From Brevundimonas sp. (GTDB lineage Bacteria; Pseudomonadota; Alphaproteobacteria; Caulobacterales; Caulobacteraceae), in the NCBI RefSeq assembly GCF_031412435.1, contig NZ_JANODA010000083.1, positions 17,220 through 81,219 on the forward strand: DNA of 64,000 nucleotides. Reading direction: 5' to 3'. The translations under genes and the position numbers were made by a program. Positions 35,467-45,375 of the stretch are shown here, in pieces. Under the pieces are notes generated by a model that was not told the origin of the DNA, searched no databases, and was given only the letters and a program-made list of their open reading frames with translations. Each line of letters opens with the position of its first letter. The first letter of the stretch is position 1.

Positions 35467-36096
35467 ATGTCGGGTCAACACTTGCGGAAGACGAAGGGAC
35501 CCGCGCAGGCTCCGGGGATGAACCTTCCGCAGCCCGAGCCGCTGGACGCAGAAGACCACTGGGCCGCCTGGTCCCGGTTGGTGCGTCTGTTTCCCACCTC
35601 AAGCCTGCCCTTCAGCGCCTACACGACACCCGGCGGTTCACGCTTTGCCGGCGTCGATCTACTGCGCGGAATCCGGGCGAACCAATCTTCCGCGCAGGCC
35701 GCTCAGTTGCTGGCCCCGCTCAGCCCGGAGGCGTTCGACCGTGTGGGGACCATGGCAGCGTTGAATGCGTCAAGGCAGGAGCAGGCTTTCAAGGGGCTGG
35801 CGCTGGCCTATCTGACCGTGCCTGTCACCCTCCTGGCCGCGTGGGCGCAAATCGTGCCCGGCTATGTCGATCGGTGGCTCGCGGCCAACGCGCTCGGAGC
35901 CTCTATTGTTGCTCTATCGCTCATTGGTGTCGGCGCGCTTCAGTTCTTAGGCTGGTGGCGCTCACGCCAGATCGTAGCAGTCGTGGCGCTTATCGGTCTC
36001 GATCGAGCGGCGGACGGACAGACGTCTTCCCCTCACGCCTCGGCGCCAGAATCTGGAGTCGCCCCCAAGCCTGGCCGGCGGCGACGGTCTCCGTAA
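35467..36096 (+). CDS. Hypothetical membrane protein
   Basis: 209-aa ORF with two C-terminal hydrophobic helices (LALAYLTVPVTLLAAWAQIV; ASIVALSLIGVGALQFLGWW). No recognisable family. Confidence 0.4.
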   Translation: MSGQHLRKTKGPAQAPGMNLPQPEPLDAEDHWAAWSRLVRLFPTSSLPFSAYTTPGGSRFAGVDLLRGIRANQSSAQAAQLLAPLSPEAFDRVGTMAALNASRQEQAFKGLALAYLTVPVTLLAAWAQIVPGYVDRWLAANALGASIVALSLIGVGALQFLGWWRSRQIVAVVALIGLDRAADGQTSSPHASAPESGVAPKPGRRRRSP

Positions 36097-36282
36097 TGTC
36101 GCGGAGGCGCCAGAACCGGACCGTCACCTGGCGCTCGAAACAAGACCCGGAGGCGCCCTTTATTGGCATATACCATGGCAGATTGCTGCCAAGGAGGGCC
36201 GGACGTCTGGTGGGTCATTGCGCCCCTCCTTGCGGCCGCGACCCACGATCCGCCGCGGAATGAATTCAGATGCGGCTCGGGT

Positions 36283-37668
36283 TCAGTTCGGCCTGACTTG
36301 AGACGCCGCCGTCATGGCGGGGCCTTGGGTAACCAAGGCTGCGCCCGTGTTTTCCAGACGCCTGCCGTGAGCGAAGTCACCGACGACGCTAAAGTAGCCC
36401 GCCGCGTAGCGCTTCCAGCGGCGTGAGCCGTCGGTTGCGGTGTCGACTAACCTCATACCATGATCAGCGCCGGCAAACTCAGCCAGGTGGATTTGGCGCC
36501 CCTCGGCGATCAGAGTGGCCAGTCTGCTTCGCGTATGCTGGGGCGGAGCCTCGCGATCCTCGCCGGCCAGGATCCAGAGAACGGGCATCTGTAGCTCGCG
36601 AAGGACGGGCTCACCCTGGTGGCGCCAACTCGTGCCCTGTGAGCGCAGAGGTCCAAAGACCCGCAGCAGTACCGGCGGATAACGCAAGACCTCTGCGGTG
36701 AATTCGCCCTTTACCGCTGTGAACCATGGCGCCTCACGGTGCTCGCGACGGAGTACCTCCAGTTCACCGAACCCATCGCGAAAACCCGAGGCCATCACGG
36801 CTCCGGCGGCGTCGGCCAGATCCCCGGCTGCCGCCTGTTCCTCAAGACCAAACCCGGCTTCCCTAACCCCCAGAATCGTTTGCGCCCGGTTCTCCTCCAA
36901 GGGGCTTTCCAGAAGGCCGTAGCTGACGATGAGGAAGTCTGCGGCAACGCCCGAGGCGGCCAGGGGCGCGACCCAGCCGCCCTGACTGGCGCCATGCAAG
37001 CCCAGGCGGGCCAGGCGTACTCCGGCCAACCGTCGCGCTTCGCGAGCCGCGGCGGCAGCGTCCTCGGCCAGTACGTCGAAATCCTGGGTGTAGCGCCCCT
37101 CCGACCCGCCCGTGCCGCGCTTGTCGTACACAAACACGCCGACCCCTTGAAGCGGCAGAAGCTGCTGGAAGGGGTCGAAGACGCGGGCAGATGTTTGCTC
37201 TGAGCCATGAACCTGAACCATGACGGGCACAGCGTCTGAGCCGGCCGGCAATATTAGCCGACCCGCGAGCCTGACCCCGCCGGATCCCGGGAACACCGTC
37301 TCAACGACGGCGGTCTGCACAGCGGTTGCCGCGAAACCGTCGAACGCGTTCATTCCACCCGGGCAGGAGAATGAGATACGAGCCTCGCCCTGGTCGATCG
37401 CGCCCCCCTGAGACGCATGCCATTGCCCGTCTGCGCCCAGGACGAGACGCCCGGTCTCGCCCTCCAGAGTGCGCCAGCGAAGCCCGCCTTCGATCGGTGT
37501 AGCTGTAACGCCGCGCCCATCACTTAAGCGCCACGCCCCGCTGCAGGCCTGAACCGAGGATGGGGGCGGTGACGGCTGCGGGCCGGTGGCGCAGGCGACG
37601 AGCGTGGCCAGCAGCAAAAGCGGAGCCAAGGCCGTCCTGACCGCCATCAGTTTTCTCCGCGCCTTCAA
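36283..37668 (-). CDS. Alpha/beta-hydrolase lipoprotein (dienelactone hydrolase / S9-like fold)
   Basis: Lipobox LLLLATLVAC. Nucleophile elbow GLHGASQGGW. ~460 aa. Confidence 0.7.
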   Translation of the reverse strand: MKARRKLMAVRTALAPLLLLATLVACATGPQPSPPPSSVQACSGAWRLSDGRGVTATPIEGGLRWRTLEGETGRLVLGADGQWHASQGGAIDQGEARISFSCPGGMNAFDGFAATAVQTAVVETVFPGSGGVRLAGRLILPAGSDAVPVMVQVHGSEQTSARVFDPFQQLLPLQGVGVFVYDKRGTGGSEGRYTQDFDVLAEDAAAAAREARRLAGVRLARLGLHGASQGGWVAPLAASGVAADFLIVSYGLLESPLEENRAQTILGVREAGFGLEEQAAAGDLADAAGAVMASGFRDGFGELEVLRREHREAPWFTAVKGEFTAEVLRYPPVLLRVFGPLRSQGTSWRHQGEPVLRELQMPVLWILAGEDREAPPQHTRSRLATLIAEGRQIHLAEFAGADHGMRLVDTATDGSRRWKRYAAGYFSVVGDFAHGRRLENTGAALVTQGPAMTAASQVRPN

Positions 37669-37842
37669 TCAATGATCTAGTCACACCGGAAGCAGAGAGC
37701 CCACGGCCTGCCCAGAGAATTAGCATCGGGACGACTGATGCGGCGGCGGCAGGCGTCAGGGAAGGACCAGCGCCTTGTCGATCAATCTTGAATGGCGGCC
37801 TGAACGCCGACGTAAGCTCGATCACGGTGACACCCAAACTCG

Positions 37843-39786
37843 TCACCTGGCCAAGAACTGGATCTCTACAGAGAATTCTTCGATCCCAGTACCGGACACA
37901 AGTTGAATAATCAAACTGTTGTTTTCTATCGACCATTCAGCATCAGTGCTTAAATTCACTCTCATCTGGCCTTCACGATATAGATGTCCGGGCAAGCATA
38001 TATCGATCGGTTCTGCGAGCTCGGCCTCTGTTATTATGGCGGCCTCAAATCTGCGTTCAGCGACATCGAACCGCTGGGAAATCAGACGACCCGGTGTTCG
38101 CCGGACATAGGGCCGGCTGAACCCCTCGACAGCTCGGCTGCCGTCATGTCCCTCCTGCATTTGATCGGCAGACCATATTGAGAGGTCCTCCTGGTTCCAG
38201 CCGTCGCCCACCGCCGGATCGTTGCGGTTCGATACAGTGTAGTTCCATTGGGTCGAGCTCAGTAACAGCCGGTCGAGAGCGTTGTACATCGTGGTCAGGG
38301 CCTGGACATGGTTCGCCCAGGGCTCGGGTCCACGATCACCCTGGGCCCAGCGGCGATAGGCGGTGGCCTCGTCGAGATCGAAGGGCAATCCGAACTCGCC
38401 GATCAGGGTCGGCGCTCCCCCGGGCAGGGCATCGCCGATCGCCCTGAGCGCCGAAAGGCGTTCGACGTAGTTGTCCTCGATGGCCTGCGCGCCCAACAGG
38501 GGACGTCCGCTGAGCAGGTCGACAGAGCGCTCAGGATCGTAGCTTTTGGTAACGAGCGCGGCGAGATCGTACCAGTGGCTGGCATTGACCACGCCCTCGG
38601 GCAGGCCCGGCGGAAACCCATGACCACCCGCGAGCGCGGCGAACGGGTCGACCTCGGCGAAAATCAGCCAGTCAGAGCGGATTGCGCGAACCGTCCCGGC
38701 CACCTCGCACATAAACTGGGCCATGAAAGGGTCTTCAGCAGTGACGTCTTTCCCATCAACGAGCCGGAAATAGTCCGGACGGAGCGCCACCGCCGCTCCC
38801 TCGAGGTCGATGTCCCAGACGCCGGCGACGCGGAAAGGGTCCTCGCGACCGGGCAGCCAGATCGACACGCCGTCGGCGTTGACCGGGGTCCGGGAAACCA
38901 CGCCTCGGCCGAAGGCGTGGACCGGAAGGACCCGGGTTACGCCTGACGCGACCGCGAGGCCATCGAGGGGGGTCCAGGCGGCACCGGACAGGGTTCGGCC
39001 CGGGTCATCGAGCGCACGCCCTATCCAGCCCGAACCGGGCTCATTCAGGCTGTCGAATCCGACAACATGGTCCAGATGGGCGATCCGCTCCGCCACCTGG
39101 CGTACCGCCCCCAGGTATCGGTCGCGCAGCCAGCGCCCGGCGTTGATCCCGTCGATCCGGAAGTCGGGCGCGAAGGCCTCGCCCCCGAAGAACAGCGTCC
39201 ACATGAAGCCATTGGGCGGCATGCGGTAGTTGGTCGCCCAGCTCATCTGGGGATAGGCGTCCTGCCGACCCCCGATCGAGGGGTCGTAGCGGTACTGCAT
39301 GACGTGGGCTGCGCCGGCGGCGTGGAAGCGGGTGAAGTCGAGGCCGACGGCCTCGAACGTCCAGCCGGGCGCACCGTCGCCGCCGCTCATCCGGCTCCAG
39401 ACATCCTGGTGAAAATCGATGAATACATGCAGGCCGTGCGCCCCGGCCCTGTCGCAAACCGCCGCGAAGTAATCCAGATATTCCTCGTCGTACTCGCCCG
39501 GCCCCGCATGCTCGACGGCCTCCCAGGTCGTCAAAAGCCTCAGGCAGTTGAAGCCCCAGCCGGCGATCCGCGCCAGATGCGCGTCGGCCTCCTCCAATGG
39601 GAACGGTCGGCCGACGAAGCTGACCGTGCGGTGGTCCGAAAAGTCCGTTGGGTGCCGGGTGTGGCCGTCCGGCGCGGTCGGAACCTTGCAGTCCCCCCCC
39701 AGATTGACGCCCCTCAGCAGGACCTGCCGCCCGGTGCTGTCAACGAAGCAGGACCCGCGCGTCGAAAGTCGATCGACCATCCGCAT
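37843..39786 (-). CDS. Glycoside hydrolase family 5 protein (endoglycoceramidase/cellulase-like) with a C-terminal beta-rich domain
   Basis: From ATG 39784-39786: ...LRGVNLGG...GFNCLRLLTTWEAVEH...VFIDFHQDVWS...FDSLNEP. These are GH5 signatures, including the NEP acid/base motif. Confidence 0.75.
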   Translation of the reverse strand: MRMVDRLSTRGSCFVDSTGRQVLLRGVNLGGDCKVPTAPDGHTRHPTDFSDHRTVSFVGRPFPLEEADAHLARIAGWGFNCLRLLTTWEAVEHAGPGEYDEEYLDYFAAVCDRAGAHGLHVFIDFHQDVWSRMSGGDGAPGWTFEAVGLDFTRFHAAGAAHVMQYRYDPSIGGRQDAYPQMSWATNYRMPPNGFMWTLFFGGEAFAPDFRIDGINAGRWLRDRYLGAVRQVAERIAHLDHVVGFDSLNEPGSGWIGRALDDPGRTLSGAAWTPLDGLAVASGVTRVLPVHAFGRGVVSRTPVNADGVSIWLPGREDPFRVAGVWDIDLEGAAVALRPDYFRLVDGKDVTAEDPFMAQFMCEVAGTVRAIRSDWLIFAEVDPFAALAGGHGFPPGLPEGVVNASHWYDLAALVTKSYDPERSVDLLSGRPLLGAQAIEDNYVERLSALRAIGDALPGGAPTLIGEFGLPFDLDEATAYRRWAQGDRGPEPWANHVQALTTMYNALDRLLLSSTQWNYTVSNRNDPAVGDGWNQEDLSIWSADQMQEGHDGSRAVEGFSRPYVRRTPGRLISQRFDVAERRFEAAIITEAELAEPIDICLPGHLYREGQMRVNLSTDAEWSIENNSLIIQLVSGTGIEEFSVEIQFLAR

Positions 39787-39795
39787 GCTCTCCAG

Positions 39796-39828
39796 AAAAA
39801 ACGGCCGCGGAGCAGGGCTCCGCGGCCG
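39796..39828 (-). terminator. Rho-independent terminator after the TonB-dependent receptor gene
   Basis: Minus strand: cggccgcggagc-cctg-ctccgcggccg, followed by tttttt. Confidence 0.65.
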
Positions 39829-39848
39829 CAGTCGTCGGCTCCCAGGAA

Positions 39849-42167
39849 TCAGAACCGGTAGGTCAGGGTCGCGCCGTAGGTCCGCGGCTCGCCGGTGTAT
39901 TTGATGTAGGTGTTTCCGACCGGGAAGCTTGGCGCTCCGCCTGCCGGCAGAACCGCCGTCACGGCGCCGAAAACCGGACGGCCGCCCCGACCGAAGGTGA
40001 TCTCGTCCGTCAGGTTGCGGCCCCACAGCTCCAGCGTCCACCGATCTGCCTGGTCACCCAGACCGATGCGCGCGTTTATCTTGGTGTGCGGTTCCTGACG
40101 CAGGACCGGATCATAGGTCAGCTCGGTGAAGACCGAAGTTCGGTAGAAGACGTCCGCCTGGGCGAACACCCTGAGGCCCGCCCCGATCGGTCGTTCGTAG
40201 CGGATCACGGCGCTGGCCGACCACTCGGGCGCGTCCGTCAACGGCCGACCGCTGAGATCGACGACGCCGGACGGACCCTGGGCGTTAGGGAAACTGTCGA
40301 AGGCCGCATCCAGATAGGTTGCCGCCAGTGTAAACGTCAGCCCATCGATGGGCCGGGCGGTGGCGTCCACTTCCAACCCCTGCGAGATCAGCGAGGCCGC
40401 GTTCTGGAGGTAGAATCGCAAGGTATTGGTCGAGTCGATGAACGACGACAGCGCCTGGAAGTCGTCGTACTCGGAGCGGAAGGCGACCACCGAGAAATCG
40501 GTATCCCAGAACGCCAGCTGGCCCTTCAACCCGATCTCGTAGTTGTCCACGATCTCGGAGTCGAAGAAGAAGTCGGCGCCGGGGATGTTGCGGATCAGGT
40601 TGGCGTCGTCGTTGATGCCGAATGCCTTGTAGCCCCGGGTGTATGACCCGAAGGTCCTGAGGTCGTCGTTGAAGGCGTATTCGACGACCACCCGGCCCGT
40701 CAGTTCGCCGCCGTCACGCTGCTGCTTGTCCGCAGGGATGAACTGCGTCGGCGACAGCTGGGCGCCGTTGGCTCTCAGCCGAGCCGCGAACGCGTTGATC
40801 TGCTTGTCGTCGAAGTTCCAGCGCAGGCCTCCGGTCACGCTCAGCCGATCGCTCAGCCCCCAGGTGGCCTCGCCGAACAGGGCAAAGTTGCGGTTTGTGA
40901 TGGAGTTGAAGCTCGGCGAGTTCTGCGCCAGCACATTGCCGCCCAGCAGCGCCGCGGTCTGGGGGCTGATGACCAGGGCGCTGTCTTCGGTCACCTCCTT
41001 CTGGAAGGCGTAGGCGCCGATCAGCCAGGTGACGGGCCGATCCTCGGGTGAGGCCAGCCGGATCTCCTGCGAGAAATGCTGATTGTCGCGCTGCACGCCC
41101 GGGAAGTTCAGCAGATTCAGGCCGGTGAAATCGATGTCTGCGGAGCTGAACTGATCGACGGAGCGATAGGCGCCGATCGACGTCAGACGGTGCCCGCTCT
41201 CGAAGGCGTAGTCGACGCGCAGGGTCAGGGCGAGCAACGACTGCTCGTACGTGTTCAGCCCGTCAACCGCGACGGTCTGGCTGTCCAGTTGATTTCGCGG
41301 AAAAGGCACGCCCGACCCGACGAACGGGAAGTTGGTCGAGGCCGTGGCGAAGCGATTCAGCAGGGCGTCGGGGACGTTGACATGGACCGGGACGCAGCAG
41401 TTCTGGTCGATCTCGGAGTACTCGACCGTCCCCAGAACGCGAAGCGGGCCGGTGGGCGCATAGAGCAGCTTGGCGCGCAGGCCATAGGCGTTCTGGTCGT
41501 TGCTGTCGGGCCCGATCAGATTGTCCAGATAACCATCGCGCTGATGGCTGAAGACGCTGACCCGCCCGAACAGAGTGTCGGCGACCAGTGGGCCCGTCAC
41601 CGTGGCGGCGAACTGTCGGCGGTTGAAGTTGCCGACGGTTCCGCGGAGCTCGCCCGAGAACTCGCGGCCCGGATCCTGGGTCACGAAATTGATGATGCCG
41701 GCCGGTGAGGCGTTGCCGAAAAGAGTCGATTGCGGCCCGCGCAGCACCTCGACCGCTGCGAGGTCGTTGAAGTCGCCGATGCCGATTGACGTGCGGTCGG
41801 TGAAGACGCCGTCAACATAAATGCCCACGCTTGGCTCCAGCGCCGCACTGCCGCCCGCCGTCGTGACGCCGCGCATACCGACGTTGGCCTGAACCGGCGA
41901 CTGCTGGGTCGAGAAGACGACGCTGGGGATCAGGGTCGCCAGCTCCGAGAAGTTGGTTGCGCCGGTGTTCTTGATCGTCTCCGACGTCACGACCGAGACC
42001 GATACTGGCGCTTCCAGCACCGTCTGACCGCGCTTGGTCGCGGTGACGACGACCTCATCGAGCGTGGTCGCGTCCTGGCTTAGCTGATCCTGGGCGATGG
42101 CCCCCCCGCCTGCGGCCCAGGCCGCACCCGCGAGCAACAAGGCCCGCCCCCGAACACCTTTCAACAT
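39849..42167 (-). CDS. TonB-dependent outer-membrane receptor
   Basis: Signal peptide, plug domain (LDEVVVTATKR...APVSVSVV), long barrel, and a C-terminus ...ATLTYRF. Confidence 0.9.
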   Translation of the reverse strand: MLKGVRGRALLLAGAAWAAGGGAIAQDQLSQDATTLDEVVVTATKRGQTVLEAPVSVSVVTSETIKNTGATNFSELATLIPSVVFSTQQSPVQANVGMRGVTTAGGSAALEPSVGIYVDGVFTDRTSIGIGDFNDLAAVEVLRGPQSTLFGNASPAGIINFVTQDPGREFSGELRGTVGNFNRRQFAATVTGPLVADTLFGRVSVFSHQRDGYLDNLIGPDSNDQNAYGLRAKLLYAPTGPLRVLGTVEYSEIDQNCCVPVHVNVPDALLNRFATASTNFPFVGSGVPFPRNQLDSQTVAVDGLNTYEQSLLALTLRVDYAFESGHRLTSIGAYRSVDQFSSADIDFTGLNLLNFPGVQRDNQHFSQEIRLASPEDRPVTWLIGAYAFQKEVTEDSALVISPQTAALLGGNVLAQNSPSFNSITNRNFALFGEATWGLSDRLSVTGGLRWNFDDKQINAFAARLRANGAQLSPTQFIPADKQQRDGGELTGRVVVEYAFNDDLRTFGSYTRGYKAFGINDDANLIRNIPGADFFFDSEIVDNYEIGLKGQLAFWDTDFSVVAFRSEYDDFQALSSFIDSTNTLRFYLQNAASLISQGLEVDATARPIDGLTFTLAATYLDAAFDSFPNAQGPSGVVDLSGRPLTDAPEWSASAVIRYERPIGAGLRVFAQADVFYRTSVFTELTYDPVLRQEPHTKINARIGLGDQADRWTLELWGRNLTDEITFGRGGRPVFGAVTAVLPAGGAPSFPVGNTYIKYTGEPRTYGATLTYRF

Positions 42168-42259
42168 CCGATATTCTCCCCTTCTGATCGGTTCTCTAGC
42201 GACCGAGCTTGACAGTCACTCTTGGTCCTCCGAATAAACATGTCAATATGTATGTATAA

Positions 42260-44104
42260 ATGCGAGGAAGCGTGGCTCACGTCGTCAAGGAAAACCGGAC
42301 CTATCTCGTCGCTGATACCGAAGGGGCAATCGGCGCGGGCCTGCACGGCGTGTTTCGCGACGACACCCGCATGCTGTCGACGTGGCGATGGACAATCGAC
42401 CAGGCCCAGACCCTGTCGGTCCAGACTCACGAGGACGCCCTCCTCGCCTACCACGCGATCATCAATACTCGACGCGTGCAGGTGGTCGGTCTGACACGAC
42501 GCATGACCTTGCGTGACGACGGGCTGGACGACGCCTGGGTCATTGTCAACACCGGCGACAGCCCCCAACTGGTCACGCTGACGCTCGATGTGGTCGGTGA
42601 GTTTCGAGACCTGTTCACCATTTTCCGCCCGGTCGACAGCGACGGGGACCGGACCGTGTCCACGCTGGAGGAGAAGGGCCGGCTGCGTCTCGCGCGCGTC
42701 ACCTCCGATGGTTTGACACTGGGCGCCGACATCACCTTCACGTGCCAGGGCGGTACGCGGCTTTGTCAGGAGCCACGCTGGAGCTTCGAGCTTCAGCCTG
42801 GCTCGACGGCCACCCTCACAGCGACGGTCCGTTTCACGGACGGCGGCAACGGGCAGAGCCACGCTTTGCCCAGCTACCAAGACTGGCGAAGCTCCTTCCG
42901 CCTGACCCCGCCAGACAAGGACAAGGCGCGGTCCGTCGCGCGGGCGATCGACGACCTGAGGGCCCTTCTTCTGGGGACCGCTAACGGCCCCTACCCCGCA
43001 GCTGGTCTGCCCTGGTTTTCGTGCATCTTCGGGCGCGATGCCCTGATCACCGCCTCGATGATCCTGCCCTGGCGGCCGGACCTAGCACGATCCGTGCTCC
43101 GCCTCCTGGCGTCGGAACAGGGCAGGACCGATGACCCCTTCCGCGAGGAGGAGCCCGGCAAGATTCTGCACGAGATCCGGCTGGGTGAAATCTCTCGCAG
43201 GGGCATCATCCCGTTCGGGCGCTACTATGGGTCCGTGGATTCGACCGCCCTGTTCGTCACCACGCTTGACGCCCATGCGGCGGCGACGGGAGACGAGAGC
43301 CTGATCGTCGAGCTCCGGCCCAACTGGGAGGCCGCTCTGGATTGGCTGGGCCGACAGAGGGCGGAGGGCGGTCAACTGATTACCTTCGCCCCGTCGGGAT
43401 CCGGGCTGGCGGTCCAGTCCTGGAAGGACTCGCCCGACTCGATGAATCACGCCGACGGGACCCCGGCCGAGGCGCCGCTGGCCGTAGCGGAGGTCCAAGG
43501 ATACGCTATTGCCGCCTTCCGCGCCGCCGCGGGCTTCTATGCCCGCTTGGGGGAACCCGAGCTGGCGGAGACGTGGGCCGTGCGCGCCCAAGGGCTTGCT
43601 GAGGAATTTCATGAGCGGTTCTGGCTGGAACCGATGGGAACCTACGCCATGGCGCTCGATCGGCACGGCCGGCCCCTGGAGGTCCTCTCCTCCGACCCCG
43701 GGCACCTGCTGTGGTCGGGTGCGGTCCCGGCAGAGTCGGCCCCCCGGCTGGTGCAAACCCTGATGGGCGACGCACTCTGGAACGGCTGGGGTCTGCGAAC
43801 GCTGGGCGCGGGCGAGGCGACCTACAATCCGGTCAGCTATCACAACGGCAGCGTCTGGCCCCACGACACTGCGATCCTGGCCGGCGGCCTCGCCCGCTAC
43901 GGCTTTGATCAGGAGGCACGGCGCGTCGCCGAGGCCCTGTTCGATCTGGCGGCCAGCCAGCCGATGAACCGCCTGCCCGAACTGATATCAGGCTTTGCCC
44001 GCACGCCCGGCCTCGACCCCATCCCCTACACCCACGCCTGCCGACCTCAGGCCTGGGCCGCAGCCGGCCTGCTGTACGCCGCACGGACCTCGGGCCTGGC
44101 ATGA
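42260..44104 (+). CDS. Amylo-alpha-1,6-glucosidase / glycogen-debranching-type (GDE_C, (alpha/alpha)6) glycosidase
   Basis: ...GLPWFSCIFGRDALI..., GKILHEIR, YYGSVDSTALF, SWKDS, YHNGSVWPHDT are typical GDE_C motifs. Confidence 0.8.
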   Translation: MRGSVAHVVKENRTYLVADTEGAIGAGLHGVFRDDTRMLSTWRWTIDQAQTLSVQTHEDALLAYHAIINTRRVQVVGLTRRMTLRDDGLDDAWVIVNTGDSPQLVTLTLDVVGEFRDLFTIFRPVDSDGDRTVSTLEEKGRLRLARVTSDGLTLGADITFTCQGGTRLCQEPRWSFELQPGSTATLTATVRFTDGGNGQSHALPSYQDWRSSFRLTPPDKDKARSVARAIDDLRALLLGTANGPYPAAGLPWFSCIFGRDALITASMILPWRPDLARSVLRLLASEQGRTDDPFREEEPGKILHEIRLGEISRRGIIPFGRYYGSVDSTALFVTTLDAHAAATGDESLIVELRPNWEAALDWLGRQRAEGGQLITFAPSGSGLAVQSWKDSPDSMNHADGTPAEAPLAVAEVQGYAIAAFRAAAGFYARLGEPELAETWAVRAQGLAEEFHERFWLEPMGTYAMALDRHGRPLEVLSSDPGHLLWSGAVPAESAPRLVQTLMGDALWNGWGLRTLGAGEATYNPVSYHNGSVWPHDTAILAGGLARYGFDQEARRVAEALFDLAASQPMNRLPELISGFARTPGLDPIPYTHACRPQAWAAAGLLYAARTSGLA

Positions 44105-45375
44105 TGGACCGGCGACGCCTGATCGGAACGGGCGCATCGGCATACGGACTGGCGCTGACGGCCATGTTCGGCTCGCCCGCTCAAGGGCGACAGGGCGAGC
44201 AGGGCTTCATCCCGGAGGGTCTGGCCCGGCTCGACGCCCATTTCGCCGGCGAGGTCTCGGCAGGTCGCCGGGCGGGCTATGTCATCTGCCTCGGGCGACA
44301 CGGCCGCGAGGCGCACCGGTCCGCGATCGGCCTCGCCGACGTGGCCTCCAGCAGGCCGATGACACCGACGACCCTGTTCCGTATCGCCAGCCTGACCAAG
44401 CTGGTCACCAGCGTGGCGGTCATGCAGCTGGTCGAGGAGGGGCGGCTTCTGATCGACGATCCGGTCGGACGCTACCTGCCCGCAGTCGGGGCAATGCAGG
44501 TCGCCGTCTCGCCCGAGGCCCCGGACGACCGTCGTCATCCGGCGCGGCCCATGACGGTCCGGCATCTGATGCTGCACATGTCGGGGCTGGGCTATCGCTC
44601 CGATGGCGCGACCGCGCTCGGCCGCCGCTATCAGGGACTGGACCTGTTCCACGGTAACGGCACTTTGGCGGAGACGATCGACCGGCTTGCCGAACAGCCG
44701 CTCTACGCCGATCCAGGCGAGCGGGTCATCTACAGCTTCTCCACCGACGTCCTGGGTCGGCTGGTCGAGGTGGCGTCGCAGGAACCCCTCGCCGCGCGTC
44801 TGAAACGGACGATCTTCGACCCCTTGGGCATGTCCGACACAGGCTTCCACCTGAAGGCCTCGCGACGACAAGATCTAGCAACCGTCTATGAGCCCGGCCC
44901 CGGAGACAGCCTTGTCTCCTCCGGCGTGGAGGTTTTCGGCGATCCGTTCAATCCCGACCGATGGCCGTCCGGCGGGGCCGGGCTGATCTCGACCGGCCCG
45001 GACTATCTTCGCTTCCTCATGGCCATGGAGCGCCGCGGCACACTGGACGGAGCGCGCATCCTGTCGACCGGTAGCGTAGACCTGATGCTGCGCAATCATC
45101 TGCCCGCAGCGGTCATGGCGCGGTTGGGCGGCACCCCGCTGGCGGGTCTCGGGTTCGGCCTGGGATCGGCAGTGGTGGTCGACGCCGCCCAGGCGGCGGC
45201 TCATTATCGCGACGGCGATGCCTTCTGGAGCGGCCACTTCGATACGCAGTATTTCATCAGCCCTTCGACGGGTGTCGCGTCCATGATCATGACCCAGCTG
45301 CGCGAGACGCCGGGTGCGACGCCTGGTCGGACGGCGGCGGACCTGCGCGCCCTGACCTATGGAGCCCTGGCTTGA
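44101..45375 (+). CDS. Serine hydrolase, beta-lactamase/esterase (class C-like) family
   Basis: Tat/Sec-like N-terminus MMDRRRLIGTGASAYGLAL. SxxK motif FRIASLTKLVT. Confidence 0.8.
   Translation: MMDRRRLIGTGASAYGLALTAMFGSPAQGRQGEQGFIPEGLARLDAHFAGEVSAGRRAGYVICLGRHGREAHRSAIGLADVASSRPMTPTTLFRIASLTKLVTSVAVMQLVEEGRLLIDDPVGRYLPAVGAMQVAVSPEAPDDRRHPARPMTVRHLMLHMSGLGYRSDGATALGRRYQGLDLFHGNGTLAETIDRLAEQPLYADPGERVIYSFSTDVLGRLVEVASQEPLAARLKRTIFDPLGMSDTGFHLKASRRQDLATVYEPGPGDSLVSSGVEVFGDPFNPDRWPSGGAGLISTGPDYLRFLMAMERRGTLDGARILSTGSVDLMLRNHLPAAVMARLGGTPLAGLGFGLGSAVVVDAAQAAAHYRDGDAFWSGHFDTQYFISPSTGVASMIMTQLRETPGATPGRTAADLRALTYGALA

Noticed and set aside
36283-37668. The alpha/beta-hydrolase lipoprotein as the lasso isopeptidase missing from the lasso cluster.
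   Set aside because: It lies 11 kb away on the other side of an IS6 copy. It is ~460 aa rather than the ~700-aa two-domain prolyl-oligopeptidase type, with no adjacent TonB receptor or GntR partner. There is no positive evidence for a link.
42209-42237. TTGACA-17-GAATAA sigma-70-like promoter for the GDE operon.
   Set aside because: It is only a hexamer match in an AT-rich divergent spacer. Alphaproteobacterial housekeeping promoters deviate from the E. coli consensus, so this is too weak to list as a feature.
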